DNA of 64,000 bases from Camelus ferus (lineage: Eukaryota). The notes under the pieces are model-generated. The model searched no databases. It worked only from the letters and a program-made list of their open reading frames with translations, and was not told the origin of the DNA. The stretch is from positions 26,164,001 to 26,228,000 of the forward strand of contig NC_045717.1 in the NCBI RefSeq assembly GCF_009834535.1, given 5' to 3'. The stretch's first letter is position 1. Each line of letters opens with the position of its first letter. The position numbers were made by a program, and so were the translations under genes. Shown in pieces: positions 11,991 to 23,657 of the stretch.

Positions 11991-12762
11991 CAGGGACAGG
12001 CCGGCCGCTGCCCTCCTCCCCTAGAGGGAGTGGGTCCCAGGTTTCGGATCTAACAAGCTCCTGCCCGAGGTTCCCAGCTCTGAGACCCGGGACCGGCATG
12101 GCCGCTGGCAGGAAGGCTGGAGGCAAGATGGCCAATGGACAGATGGACGGACAGACAGATGGGGAGGAGCTCAGATCATGGCACTGAGAGTGCAGTCGGT
12201 CTCTAGCCCTCCCCATGGGCTCGTCCACTAGACGACGACAATATTGAGGCTCTGGCTACACATCAGGAGATGAAAACTTGGCAGGGAGAAGGCCCCCTCT
12301 CCCAGCTGGGCCCCGGGCAAGGGCAACCGACCGGACAGAGGCTGGGCGGGCAGCATGCAGGGCTAGGGCCCTTCTCAGCATCATCAGCTCTGGAAGAGGG
12401 CAGCCAGCCCGCCTCCGACCTGGGAGGCCCGGGTCAACCCTCCACGACCCCCGGGGAGAGGGCCTGCTGCGTAGCAGGCCTCACGGGGACCATGCGTGCT
12501 TGGAAGGACTGAGATGGGCGCTCTTCCGCCAGACAGCAGAGGCCGGACAGCCTCTGGGCGGAGCTTGCAAGAAGCCTGCTCCTGGGAGTGCGATGGACAC
12601 CGCACGGGTCCCCCACTGCCAGCTGGCTTGGGGTTGGGGCCTGGCCGCTGCCTGGGAGGTCGGGGGACAGCCACTCAGGGCCTCAGCAGACCCAGGGTGG
12701 CGGGGGTGGACCAGGAGGAGGAGGTGGGCTGGTAGGCAGGCAGCAGGGCCGCCTGGCTCCCC

Positions 12763-12942
12763 CTAAGGCCACTGGGCACCGCTGGCCGGGTAGCTGGGCA
12801 CGGTGGGGTACTCGGGCAGGCTGTTCCCAGAGAAGTTGTTGTACCGGGCCTCCCGGGACGGCGGGTTCCTCCAGGTGCCTGCGCTCCACTCTGACTGCGC
12901 CTTCTGGAAGCTTCCACCTGTTCCCCGGTAGATGCTGTGCAC
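12763..12942 (-). CDS. SCAMP4: SCAMP4 last coding exon
   Basis: CAG|GTGCAC acceptor; [27 protein letters not shown] at 12763-12765. Confidence 0.95.
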   Translation of the reverse strand: MHSIYRGTGGSFQKAQSEWSAGTWRNPPSREARYNNFSGNSLPEYPTVPSYPASGAQWP

Positions 12943-15900
12943 CTGTGGGGGGGGCGCGGGAGGCAGAGAGCGGATGTCAGCAGGCGACCACACACTCAGG
13001 CTACAGCGTTTGCGCTCTGAGAGCTCCACCTGCCCCAGCAGAGCCCACGCACTCGGCCACAGGCGCCTCTTCCAGCAAAGAGGGAGGTTCAGGGCCTGCC
13101 TCCCCCTAGCACCCACTCGCCGCCCACCCCCCACCCCTCTGGGGCGCATCGGGTCCTGGACCCCGCAGGTCGCTAACAGCGGTCCCTGCAGTGACCCCCT
13201 CAGCAGAGAGCCCTGGGGAGACCACCGCCTCCCACCATCCAGAAAGGCCGCGCCTCTTGGAACACTGAGCTGTGCTATTTCTAGAAATTCTGGCAAATTC
13301 AGTAACTGAGAAAACGGCGTTTGCTAATCGCTTTTGTCCTTTTCCACTGGAATTTATCCTTCTTCTGTGCAACCGCCTCCTGGCGAACACCCAAAACGGG
13401 GGTTGGTGCTGAGGCCTCAGTAGGGGGTCGGCTGTGCTCGGGGGCACTGCTCAATCCTGGAGCACCCCCCGTGCATACGGGTGCTCTCGGCTCCGCTGCG
13501 GCCAGCATCTTGCTGGGCCTCCCAGCCGGCCTGCTCTCTGCTGGGTCATCCCTCCCCTCATCGTGGTCCATGCAGCTGAAAGACTTTGGGGACAGGCACT
13601 GGGGAACCCAAGCACCTCTCTGTCCTCCTAGATGGCCCAGTGCACCCACTGAACAGCCCAGGCCTCAAAATCCTGCTGTAACAGCTGAGACCCGTGGCAA
13701 GGAGGCAGTGGGGGTTCAAAACCCAGCTGTCAAGCATCACTGGCAATGCACAGCCCAGTGCAACGCTGGGCATGTGGGAGGCAGACGGCCGAGTCAGGCA
13801 CCTCCAGGAAGGCAGAGGAGGATGCGCCACCAGCCTTGTTGTCACCCGTCACCTTCCGTGAGGTCCCAGGGCAATCCTCACGTGGCCAAAGGCTCAGGGC
13901 TACAGTGCACACGTTTTCCCCAGAAGTCTCCAAACACCAGGAGCGGTGGCACCTGGGGGAGCTTGTGTCCCAGCCCCACGTGGCCACTGAGCACTCGGAT
14001 GAGGCAAGCAGGATGGACAGATGGACTTTCTAATTTTAGTTTGTTACACTTAATTTGAATTTAACTGTAAACAGCAACACTCAGCCTGGGATGGCCGAAT
14101 CAGCAGTGTGGACTTCATTCTGCGACACGTGTATGGTGGGGCTCTGGCAGATGACATCCCCAAACACAGGAGTGCTCCCCACTGACCCACACAGAGCTGC
14201 TTCCTCGAGTCCGCCCTCCTCAGAAGGCCACGTGGGTGGGGAGGCAGGGCCCCGGAGTGAACAACCAAGGGTCCTGACCACGGAGGGTCTCCCCTGCTGA
14301 CAGCGATCACTTCCCTCCCCAGACGCACCATTTCTTGCTACTGGAATGGGGATAAGATGAGCCCCTGCAGCCAGGAAGGTCAAGGCACAGGCTGCGCAGG
14401 GACCCAGAGGACTCACCTTCATGATCACGATGGCCATCGTGGCAGCCGACACAGAGAACATGATGGCCGGGAGCAGCATGACCACGGCGGCCCCAACGCT
14501 GGTCTGGAAGAACCCGACCGCTGCCAGCCAACCGCTGCAGGGGCAAGAGCTAATGTGGGAGCCAGCACGACCACCAGACACCGGCCCAGCATCCCACCAT
14601 CCCTCATATGTAAAGAGCTCCGACAAATCAACAAGAAAAATGTAATGAGCAATTCGTAGACGACTACCTTGGGGCCAGAGAGCTTAGAGAATGATACTCA
14701 AACCCACAAATGAAGACGTGCAAGTTAGAAAAGGTGCGGTCTTTACACCGTCGTGTGGGCAAGCCTCGTGTGCAAGGGGTCAAAGAAACAAACTACTGTC
14801 AGCAGCGGGGCGCTGCCCTGTAACAAGATCTGAACATTTATTCCTTCTCCCCGGCTATTCTACTTGCAAGAATCTAAGCCACGGCCACTGTCTGCAACAA
14901 GGAAAAGCCGGGGAGGATGTGAATGTCCACCTGCTGGGAACACCAGGAACCTAAGTCACACTAAGGAGGCATTAAGATGAGAGAGACCTGAACCACGTTA
15001 CATCATCAGCCCCCATGGAAGAACATTTATCTCATCTCCACATTTACCTCTGGGAGGGGAGGCAAGACGTACAGTGTTTCTGAGAATTTTTTTCTTAGCA
15101 CGTAATAAAGACGCAGTTCAAGACTCAGGAAACTGGAAAGAATATAATAAACTCTCTCCTGGCGACCCCCTCCCCCACCCAGAGGGAAGCGGTGTGGCTC
15201 ACCTGCTGTGGACCCTTCCAGAGAGTCTGTAAAACTGTGTGCTGCACGCACACGCCAACGCCGCCCCGCCCCTCTGCGGAACGAGGAGGACGCACACCGC
15301 ACCGCGCTCTGACGGGTGTGAGCACAGCCGGGCGGCTGCAGGGGTACTAGGCGGGTGGACAGGCAGCTGGGGCTGGGTCAGGGGGCAGGACGCCATTCCC
15401 TGGGCTCCAGGGGGGGGGGGGCGGCTCTGCTGCAGGAAGGTCACGAAGAGGACGGAAAGATCTCCCATTGGATCTGGTGCTCTGAACACGAGGCTGGCTG
15501 GGCAGTGGTCTGGGGAGGGTGGGGATGGAGAACAGGGAGCCTGCTCCATGGCACCAGGCCCCAGACACGCCTGGGAGGGACTGCAGCCGCTCCTTCCAGG
15601 GAACAAGCTCACTTATTACGGCTGGAAACCGGCCTCCGCCAGCGACGGACCGAGGTACATGTGAGCCTGCTGTCCCCTGGGTGGGGTGGGGGGCGCACTG
15701 CTGGGAGAGATGAGGGTCAGGGAGGGGACACGGGCACCAGGTGCTCCCACTGGGCCACTTGGCCAGTAGCTCCAGGGGCTAGAACCAGGGACATGGGGAC
15801 AGAAGGTGCTAAAGGACAGAACAAGGGACACAGTCTACAGAAGCGGCAGGAGGGCCTGGCAGCTCCTCAGAAGGTCAACATCACTACCGTGTCGCCCAGC

Positions 15901-18900
15901 AGGTCCATGACCAGGTGTGCCCGGAGAAACAAAAAAACACACATGCACACGGAAACAGGAACCTCACAGCAGGACCACGAGCAGCAGCAAAGCAGCACAG
16001 CCACCCAAGTGTCCCTCCACGGGCAGTGCGCACACAGGCCGCGTCCCACCACACACGGGAGCGTCGCTCGGCTGTGACCAGGAGAGCAGCCCTGACACCG
16101 CTCCCACGTGGACGGACCCTGAGAGCACGGTGCTCAGGGAGAGAAGCAGACACAGAAGGACACAGAGTGTGTGAGCCCATGGACGTGAAACGTCCAGAAC
16201 AGGTCAGTCCACAGAGAGGGGGACTCCTGGTTGTCAGGGGTTGGGGAACGTCAACTGCTGATGGGGACGGGCCCTCCTTTTGGAGTGATGGTCTGTTCTA
16301 GAACTAGATAGAGGTGATGGTGCACAGCACTGCAAATGTACTAAATGCCACTAAATTGTGCACTTAAAGATGGAAAACTGTATGTGAAGTCCATCTCAAT
16401 TTAAAAAAAGGGCGGGGAGGGTATAGCTCAGTGGTAGAGCAGGGGCTTAGCATGCACGAGAATTCAACCAAGACACTCGGACACATCGGCAGCACACATG
16501 GGCGGGAAGAGAGATCACGTGGTGTGTCCTGCCGGGCGCTGACAGTGGAGACAACTCACAGCACCCACGTCCTGCTCCGGGACCTGCGACCTGTCACCTC
16601 ACGGGGCAGAGAGGACCCTGTAGGTGGGATTGAGTTAAGGCCCCTGGGATGGGGGTGACCCTGGATTCCCTGGGGGAATCCGTGTCTTCACAGGGTCCTC
16701 ATCAGAGGGAGGCGGGGGCGTCAGAGTCAGAGAGGGAAGATGCTTCGCTGCTGGCGGTGAGGATGGAGGGAGGGGCCGAGAGCCAGGAAAGTGGTGCCTC
16801 TAGAACCTGGAAAAGGCAGCAGCTACTTCTCCCTGGAGCCTCCAGAGGGACCAGCCTTGGCCACGCCTGGGTTTTAGCCCTGGGCGTTCTGACCTCCAGG
16901 ACTGAGATGAGAAGTCTGTTTCATTTCAAGTCACTGAATTAGGAGTAATTTGTCACAGTGGCCACAGAAAGCTCATATGTGACCCCAAAAGCAAACACAC
17001 AGGTGACAGCTCTTACCCTTGACAGGGCGGGGGGGCCGCAGGCCCTCAAGCTGCTCTCTGACCGCTCCCCTGGGACACACACTGACCACGCCGCACATTC
17101 CCTGTGGTCGGGTGACCACGAACCAGGTGGCAGAAGGCGGGCGGAACCTCTGCACTCGGGCCCCAGGTGACTGCAGACCAGATGCCCCGACCTAGCACCT
17201 CCCTGGAGGGCTGACAGGTGCAAACGTCGACCCGCCTCCAGCCGCTGGCGTTACGGGTCCTCCTTGCAGCCCTCAGCCCACACTAACGGTACTTGTGTGT
17301 GACTTGTGTTCACACACGTGACACACATCACAGGTGATGCTAGTCCTGGGCTCTCGGGGGCCCTGCTTACCACGCGCCCCAACCTGAGAGGCCAATGGCC
17401 TGGATGACGGTCAGGACAAACTGGGCTCCAAAGATGAAGAAAAACGCCATGAAGTTGAAGGAGCTGTCAGACCTAAAGGGAAGGAAAGCAGCATTACCAC
17501 AGCCTGAGGAGAGGGGGGCCTGAAGTGGGGGGCAAGGTGGAGGGGCTCAAGGACAGGGGGCCCGAGGAGTGGGGGGTGAGGTGGAGGGGCCCGAGGAGGG
17601 GGGCCCGGCACAGGCTGCGGAGCCGGACCGTGAGGGGCCCACTCGGCTCAGAGGGAACGCCACAGCCTAACACGTCCCCACTGGGGCGGAATTCCAGACA
17701 CCTTCCTACGCCGAGGATATGACCACACCGGCAGGGCACGCGATCAGCAGATGTTAACCTGGGAGGTTAATGGTAGATTCGAGACACTCTCCACGCTGGA
17801 CTCCTGTCCCTGCCCTAGACGAGGGAAGGCTGCAGGGGCCGTGGCCCAGGCCCCTCCCAGTCCATGGAGTGGGGGCAGGGGCTGGGGGGACCCACAGCTG
17901 GGGGTAGGCGAGGGGCAGGAGCCTGTGGGGTCCGTCCCTGCATGCAGTCGCCCGAGCCAGCCTGGGACCTCAGCTTCAGCACACGTGAGTGGGTTTCTGG
18001 TTCTTGTCTCCAGGAGACCATTGGGGCCCTGACTCAGTCTGAGAGTCTGGGATTCGGGGACCACCCAGGGGGCAAACAGCACACACTGGGCAGGGTGGTG
18101 GGGGGAGTGTTCACAGAGAAAGATTCACAGCAGCCAAAAGATGGCAACAACTCAAGTGTCCATCAACGGATGATGGATAAAGAAACGTGGTCCCTCCACA
18201 CATGGGAACGTCACTCGGCCATGCACAGGAGAGAAGCCCTGACACTCACTACCACGTGGACGGACCCTGAGAGCACGAGCTCAGGGAGAGAAGCAGACAC
18301 GGGAGGACGCAAAGTGTGTGAGTCCATGGATGCGAGACGTCCAGAACAGGCCAGTCCGCAGACACAGGGAGGGGGCTCCTGGCAGTCAGGGCTGGGGAGA
18401 GGGTTGCGGGGGGGGTGACTGCTGGTGGGGACAGGGCTTCTTTTGGAGTGATGGAATGTTCTGGATTAGAGATGATGGTTGTCCAACCTCGTGAAGACAG
18501 TAGAAACATTGAATTGTTGAGGTGAGTTGAGTGATAGGTGAAGTACACAGTGTAACTCATTAAAAGCAAACACAGGCAACAGCTGGATGTGGCCTGTGGG
18601 CCACCGTCTACAGAGCCTGATGCAAAATGCTGTCCAAGATGGACCAGAGGAAGGGACTATGCTGACACTTGGGCCCGGGAGACAGGTGCAGACTGGGGCA
18701 TGGGGGCGTGGTCCTCCACGGGGTTTGGGTGGAGCTAAGCATGCCCAAGGGGAGATGTCCTGTTCCCTCCCCTATACCGGACACCCCGAGAGCCCCTCTA
18801 GGGTGCAGGCCATGGCGCCCCGACTTACCGGAAGGCCTTGTAGGCAGGCCGGAACCAGCACACGTAGCCACAGGGGGAGAAGAGCAGCAGCCAGATCAGG

Positions 18901-20521
18901 GCCAGGCCGAAGTTGGCGCCGGAGCCGCCGGCGATCCACCAGGCGAGGCAGGCGACAAGGTTGACACCCAGGGTGGCACAGTAGACTGGGGGGGCAGGGA
19001 GGGGCGCTGAGCCGGGCTGGGGCGTCCAGCCATCCCGCCCACTCCATCCACACCAGGCCCCAGCCAGAAGGGAGCTTACTACAAAAGCCTCAGGCTCTTA
19101 CCACCTGGGCCAGGGCAACTCCCAAGCTGGGGTCTCCGAGTGGTGCCAGGGACCCCCCTCCTCACACTCACACAGCCACAGCCGGTAGATCCTCTTCACC
19201 AGGACCTGGTGCTCGATGGGGATCTCGTCAGAGAAGTTCTGGTAGAAGCAGGGCTTCAGGGGGATGAACTTGGGCAGCGGGGGGAAGTTGTTCTCCTTGC
19301 CTGCAGGACACACGGCCTTGAGCTAAGCCCCGGCTGCAGCCAGCTTGTGGCGGCCCCAGGACATGAGGACGTGTCACCTCACAGCGCAGAGGGAACTCTG
19401 CAGGCAGGATTAAGTTAAGGCCCCTGGGATGGGGGTGACCCTGGATTCCCAGGAGACCCATGTCCTCACAGGGTCCTCATCAGAGAGAGGCTGGAGGTCA
19501 GAGTCAGAGAGAGACGGGGGATGCTGCGCTGCTGGCGGTGAGGATGGAGGGCGGGCCGCGAGCCAGGGATGCGGCGCCTCTAGAAGCCGGAAGAGGCAGG
19601 AGCCGCTTCTCCCTGGAGCCTCCGGAGGGACCAGCCCTGCCCAAGCCTGGACTGAGCTCCATGAGGCCTGAGTAGGACCCCTGACCTCCAGGACGGTCAG
19701 AGAACAAATTCTGCTTCCATCACTGTGTTTGTGGCGATTTCTTAGAACAGTTCCAGGGGCACACAGACTCGACGGCAGAGCCCAAACGCTGTTCACACCT
19801 GGGGCTCCCAGGAAGGGTCTAGCCCTTGGAACGTGAGCTTCTGGCAGGGGCGGCTTAGCACAACAGAAATGCATCCCATCCCCATCCTGAAAGCCAGGCG
19901 ACCCAGATGCAGATGAGCAGGGCCGCACTCCCTCTGGAGGCTCCGGGCGAGGGCCCCTCCTGCCTCCCCCGGCTCCTGGGGCCCCGGGCATCCTGCGCAC
20001 GTGGCAGCATCACTCAGGTCTCTGCCTCCGCCTTCCACAGCTTCATCGGGTCTGTGTCCAAATCTCCCCCTTCTTAGGACGTCTGTCACTCTACAGCAGG
20101 GACCCCTACTCCAGTGCAACTCGTCTTACAATTACACTGCTGACAAAGTCCGCTTCCTGGGTCCTGGGGTCAGGACTTGTGTGTGGCTGTTTGAAGGCAG
20201 CCGCAGCGGGCACCCAGGTGGACCTTGTAGGGGCAGGGATACGCGGGCATAGCCTGGAGCTGCTCACCTCTGCCCACATCAGAGCGACCAGGCGGCGCCC
20301 CGTCACCTCTGCTGCCAGACGCCCAAGCTGGCCGCTCACCATGAGGGCTGTCTCCCCATCGTCTGGCTCAGTGCCAGGAGCAACCCCATCAACTCCCCGC
20401 GGGAGGACAGAGGCTACGCCCTCAGGGGTCGACGTGAGTCCAGCCACCTGGGGCACTTCCCAGAGGGACAGAGAAGCTGGAATCTCCACCATGGGGCCGG
20501 CGGGCAAGACTCACCAGACAT
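12763..20521 (-). CDS. SCAMP4: Secretory carrier membrane protein 4, 230 aa, complete
   Basis: Coding exons: 20515-20521 (ATGTCTG), 19172-19300, 18829-18985, 17371-17472, 14417-14534, 12763-12942, total 693 nt; all GT-AG and phase-compatible. Translation [57 protein letters not shown]: SCAMP family, four TM segments, E-peptide, no N-terminal NPF repeats (SCAMP4/5 type). Confidence 0.97.
14417..14534 (-). CDS. SCAMP4: SCAMP4 exon 6 (118 nt)
   Basis: [39 protein letters not shown]; donor AAG|GTGAGT. Confidence 0.95.
15990..16410 (+). mobile_element. Ancient L1 (L1M-type) 3' end fragment, copy A
   Basis: GAGAAGCAGACACAGAAGGACAC, GTTCTAGAACTAGATAGAGGTGATGG, AATGCCACTAAATTGTGCACTTAAA, A-rich end. 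Confidence 0.7.
16414..16460 (+). mobile_element. tRNA-Ala-derived SINE, 3'-truncated
   Basis: GGGGAGGGTATAGCTCAGTGGTAGAGC..GCTTAGCATGCACGAG. Confidence 0.75.
16595..16965 (+). mobile_element. MLT1D-like solo LTR, copy E
   Basis: GAGTTAAGG..GGGATGGGG..CCTGGATT, GTCAGAGTCAGAG, CCTCTAGAACCTGGAAAAGGC, CTGACCTCCAGGACTG. Confidence 0.75.
17371..17472 (-). CDS. SCAMP4: SCAMP4 exon 5 (102 nt)
   Basis: [33 protein letters not shown]; donor GTG|GTAAGC. Confidence 0.95.
18110..18565 (+). mobile_element. Ancient L1 3' end fragment, copy B
   Basis: CAGCCAAAAGATGGCAACAACTCAAGTGTCCATCAACGGATGATGGATAAAGAAACGTGG through GTAACTCATTAAAA. Confidence 0.75.
18829..18985 (-). CDS. SCAMP4: SCAMP4 exon 4 (157 nt)
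   Basis: [51 protein letters not shown]; donor CCG|GTAAGT. Confidence 0.95.
19172..19300 (-). CDS. SCAMP4: SCAMP4 exon 3 (129 nt)
   Basis: [42 protein letters not shown]; donor TGT|GTGAGT. Confidence 0.95.
19370..19760 (+). mobile_element. MLT1D-like solo LTR, copy F
   Basis: GGATTAAGTTAAGG.., GGAGCCTCCGGAGGGACCAGCC, CTGACCTCCAGGACGGTCAGAGAACAAATT. Confidence 0.75.
19890..20195 (-). mobile_element. MLT1 LTR fragment
   Basis: CAGCATCACTCAGGTCTCTGCCTCC, CAAATCTCCCCCTTCTTAGGAC, TTCCTGGGTCCTGGGGTCAGGACTT. Confidence 0.55.
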
Positions 20522-20562
20522 TTCCGCTGTGACGACAGGGCGGGGCAGAAGCCTGCAGCCAC
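20515..20562 (-). CDS. SCAMP4: SCAMP4 exon 2 (48 nt; start codon, 7 coding nt at 20515-20521)
   Basis: CTCCCCAG|GTGGCTGCAGG..GGAAATGTCTG|GTGAGT; phase 1 joins exon 3 to give M-S-G-K-E-N. Confidence 0.9.
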
Positions 20563-21862
20563 CTGGGGAGGAGACAGCCATAGTCAGGGAGTCCTCATCA
20601 CTGCTAGGGGACCCCGATGCCAGGTGCAGGCCCAGGCGGCCGCCGCAAGGACAGCCCTAACCTCCAGACTGTCCACAGAGGTGTCTGGGCTCTTGGCCCA
20701 AAGGCCAGCCCCAAGTGTGTGACCCGCCACCTCTTCACCTCAGAGGCCCCAGGCAGCTTCTGTACTGACTTGAGAGGAGGCATCGGGCCAGAGCCCGGAT
20801 GTTCCTGGGATCCCAGACACTCACCCCCGCTGCCCTCCCGCCTCCTTACCCTCTCAAACTTCCCCATTACCTACAGACGGCTCTGCGTGCCTCCTACAGC
20901 CCCAGGGGATCTGATTCACCAAGAACTAAGTTCATGCTCCTTGCTGTGTGACCTCAGGCAAGTCACACAACTTCTCTGGTCTGCAGTTTTTGCCCCTGGA
21001 GCTTTGCAGGGCCAAGGACCCCACTGCAACCCAAGTGAAACACTTGCAGATGGGCTTGGCTCCCAGCAGTCCTGCCCAGAGGGAGCCCAGGAGCCTGTTT
21101 CACAGAGCAGCCCCTCACAGGAGGCACCATCAAGGCACATCACTGTGGGGGATTCACCGGTTCCACAAGGGCCCTGTGGGTGGGCGGTACCCTGTTCGGG
21201 AAATCTGCCTGGCCCTCATGGCACAGCTGGGCCTCAACTGTCCCCAGCACCTGGCCCTGGAGCAAGTGGGGGAGCTGTGCCCGGAGGCAGTTCAGGTGAA
21301 AAGGTTCCAGTGACCAAGAGTTCCCTCGGTCCACTCTCCAGCCCCACTGGGACCTGCAGCCCCGCCCGGCCCTGTCCTGTCTGCAGGCCCAGCAGGCTCA
21401 CTGCCCTGACCGACCGTCCATCCAGCGCGCCCACCACACTGGCTCTGGCTGAGACCCTCCACCTGCCCTGCCCCCATGAGCTGGGAAGGGCTAGGGGCTC
21501 GAGGGTGGGCTCAGGGCAGAGATGTCTCAGGACCCTAAGCCACCCACCATGTGCTCAGTCAACGTGAGTCTGCTGGATGGACAAGAGGGCCACTGTGGAG
21601 CAGACCCCCACCCACCCTTCTAGGGGTCCACTGGCCTCCTTGGACAGTCAGGAAATTGATGTCCAGGTTGGCGGGGCTCTTCCCTGGAGTCCAGCCTCAC
21701 GCTTCCAGACTTGGGGGGCCCTGCTCTGCCCACACTCGGCTCAGGCGCTCGTCTCCCCAGTACAAACCCAGGCACCAGGAAAGCGGTCTCCCCCGGATCC
21801 AGGGACCAGTGGCCACCACAGCCTCTACCTCTGTCAACAGACACCAACCTGGTTTTAAGTTG

Positions 21863-21868
21863 TTTATT
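21863..21868 (-). terminator. Intronic poly(A) signal of ADAT3
   Basis: TTTATT on plus at 21863-21868, about 280 nt downstream of the ADAT3 stop and inside SCAMP4 intron 1. Confidence 0.75.
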
Positions 21869-22145
21869 GTCACACAACAGAACTGTCTTCTGACACCTGA
21901 GAAAAGGGGACACAAGTCCCCGAGGACCCAGGGCTTCGCCGGCTGAAACCCCGCTGCACTTGGGCCAGTGGTGGGGGAGCCCATCCAGGCAGGGGACGCC
22001 CCCATGCGCTGGCAGAACAGTGTGGTGGGGGCTCCGGGGCCAGGAGACACGCGTGTCTCTAAAATCGAGAAGGGACGGCAGTCCCCTCGTGACCATGTGG
22101 GATGCCTGGGCCAGCGGGGAGCAGAGGAACTTCAGGGCCGGGCGC

Positions 22146-23201
22146 CTACGGGTCGGGGTCCAGCTGGCGGCACTGGGCCTCCAGCACCCCGCGGAAGGCC
22201 TGGAAGCGGTGGTTGAGGTCTGGCCGGGCATGCATGCGGAAGCGGGTGCCCAGCGCGCCGTCGGGCGAGGGAGCCCCATAGAAGACACGTCGCACGCGGG
22301 AGTGCACCAGGGCCATGGCGCACATGGCGCAGGGCTCACGGGTGATGTACAGGTCGTAGCCGGTGCACACGTAGGGGAGGCCATCCGCGTCCTCGTCCAG
22401 CTTGCGCACGGAGCCCACACGGACACTCTGGGGGGCGGTGGCCGGGGCGAAGGAGCAGGCGGGGTGGGGCACGAGGTCATAGGTGCCGCGGCCCTGGCCC
22501 TGGGCCACCAGGTCGATGCACACCATGGTGGCGTGCAGCAGGGGGCGGGCCGCGCCGCGGCAGTCATGGCCCGTGGCCAGCACGCGGCCCGAGGCCGGGT
22601 CCACCACCACTGCCCCTACAGCCCTCAGGCCCCTAGAGGCAGCCTGCTGAGCCGCCCACACAGCCCGCTCCATGTGGCCATGCATCGTGGCCCGTTCCTG
22701 TGCTGAGAAGAGCTGCCCAGCCAGGGCTCGGGTCACCTCCCTGTCCTCGTGGAAGTTCGTGGGCCAGTGGGCGCGTGCCTCCTCGAACTGGCCCCTGGTC
22801 AGGGGCGGCCGGGCAGGCACAGGCACCAGGAAGGGCTGTCCCAGGCCACGGGGGTCCACGGCCGGCTCCGGGAGGAGCTCAGCCAGCGATCGTGCACCCG
22901 CGGCTGGCCCCGCCAGGCACAGCAGCATCTCCAGTGCATGTGGGCAGCTGGGGTCCTGGCTGGGCCGCACCCTTTTGAGGTGAGGCTGTGCAGGTAGTGG
23001 GTGGACAGCTGACACCTCCTTGAGGAGGCGCGAGGTCTGGCGTTTGTCCAGGATGGGCGCGGCATACGCCAGCACCAGCTCCACATCCCCAGATTGCTGC
23101 TCGGACAGGACCGGGAGGGCTTGCCATGGCGCGGGCTCTCGCTCGGGGCTCCCTGCCTTCTCGTCCACACGCGGCTCTGCGATGCCCAGGGCGGGGTCCA
23201 T
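22146..23201 (-). CDS. ADAT3: tRNA adenosine-34 deaminase non-catalytic subunit ADAT3, 351 aa, single coding exon nested in SCAMP4 intron 1
   Basis: Intact ORF with [45 protein letters not shown] (His223, catalytic Glu absent), [15 protein letters not shown] (Cys291/Cys294), LNHRF; candidate acceptor CTCTGTCTCCCACAG| 16 nt upstream of the ATG. Confidence 0.97.
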   Translation of the reverse strand: MDPALGIAEPRVDEKAGSPEREPAPWQALPVLSEQQSGDVELVLAYAAPILDKRQTSRLLKEVSAVHPLPAQPHLKRVRPSQDPSCPHALEMLLCLAGPAAGARSLAELLPEPAVDPRGLGQPFLVPVPARPPLTRGQFEEARAHWPTNFHEDREVTRALAGQLFSAQERATMHGHMERAVWAAQQAASRGLRAVGAVVVDPASGRVLATGHDCRGAARPLLHATMVCIDLVAQGQGRGTYDLVPHPACSFAPATAPQSVRVGSVRKLDEDADGLPYVCTGYDLYITREPCAMCAMALVHSRVRRVFYGAPSPDGALGTRFRMHARPDLNHRFQAFRGVLEAQCRQLDPDP

Positions 23202-23521
23202 CCTGGCGTGGCTCCGACTGTGGGAGACAGAGACCGGAGCAGAGCATCATCCGTCAGCGTGGAGGCCTGGCTAGGCCGGAGAGCGGGTCCCGGGAGCCTG
23301 CAGGGTCTGGAGGCTCAGCGGAGAGCTCGGCCCCCGTGAACTGCGGCAGTGGTCACGCTCTCACTCAGGTCCTGCTGACTCCTGGTTTGCACGCAGTTTG
23401 AACCACCCCAGTTCCGGTGTTTCTCCCTTTTTTCCTTTGAGACGTGCTGTGAGTGGAGACGCACACTAGATTCCAGAGACTTATGACAAAAGGACGTGAA
23501 CGGTCTTGGTGGGTTTTGTTT

Positions 23522-23657
23522 GTACAGTTAGCCCTCCGCACCCACGAAAAATCCAGATACCGACGACCAGCTGTACTTGGCCATCTGACACCCACGGATT
23601 CTGTTATTCTCAGGGGTCCTGGAACCAATCCCCTGCAGATACCGATGGACGACTGTG
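23522..23657. mobile_element. TcMar-Tigger-derived MITE (MER2/Tigger-like)
   Basis: TA-CAGTTAGCCCTCCG start and GGACGACTG end forming imperfect terminal inverted repeats; internal CCCACGGA motifs. Confidence 0.55.

Noticed and set aside
11338-12228. 296-aa ORF in the SCAMP4 3' UTR
   Set aside because: Pro/Gly-rich, passes through the CCTGGA repeat, no splice or homology support.
20617-21567. 316-aa plus-strand ORF in SCAMP4 intron 1
   Set aside because: Includes MIR-like sequence, has no recognisable motif, and is antisense to the host gene.
21620-22706. ORFs of 315 aa (minus) and 248 aa (plus) overlapping ADAT3
   Set aside because: Shadow frames of a GC3-rich coding exon; no independent homology.
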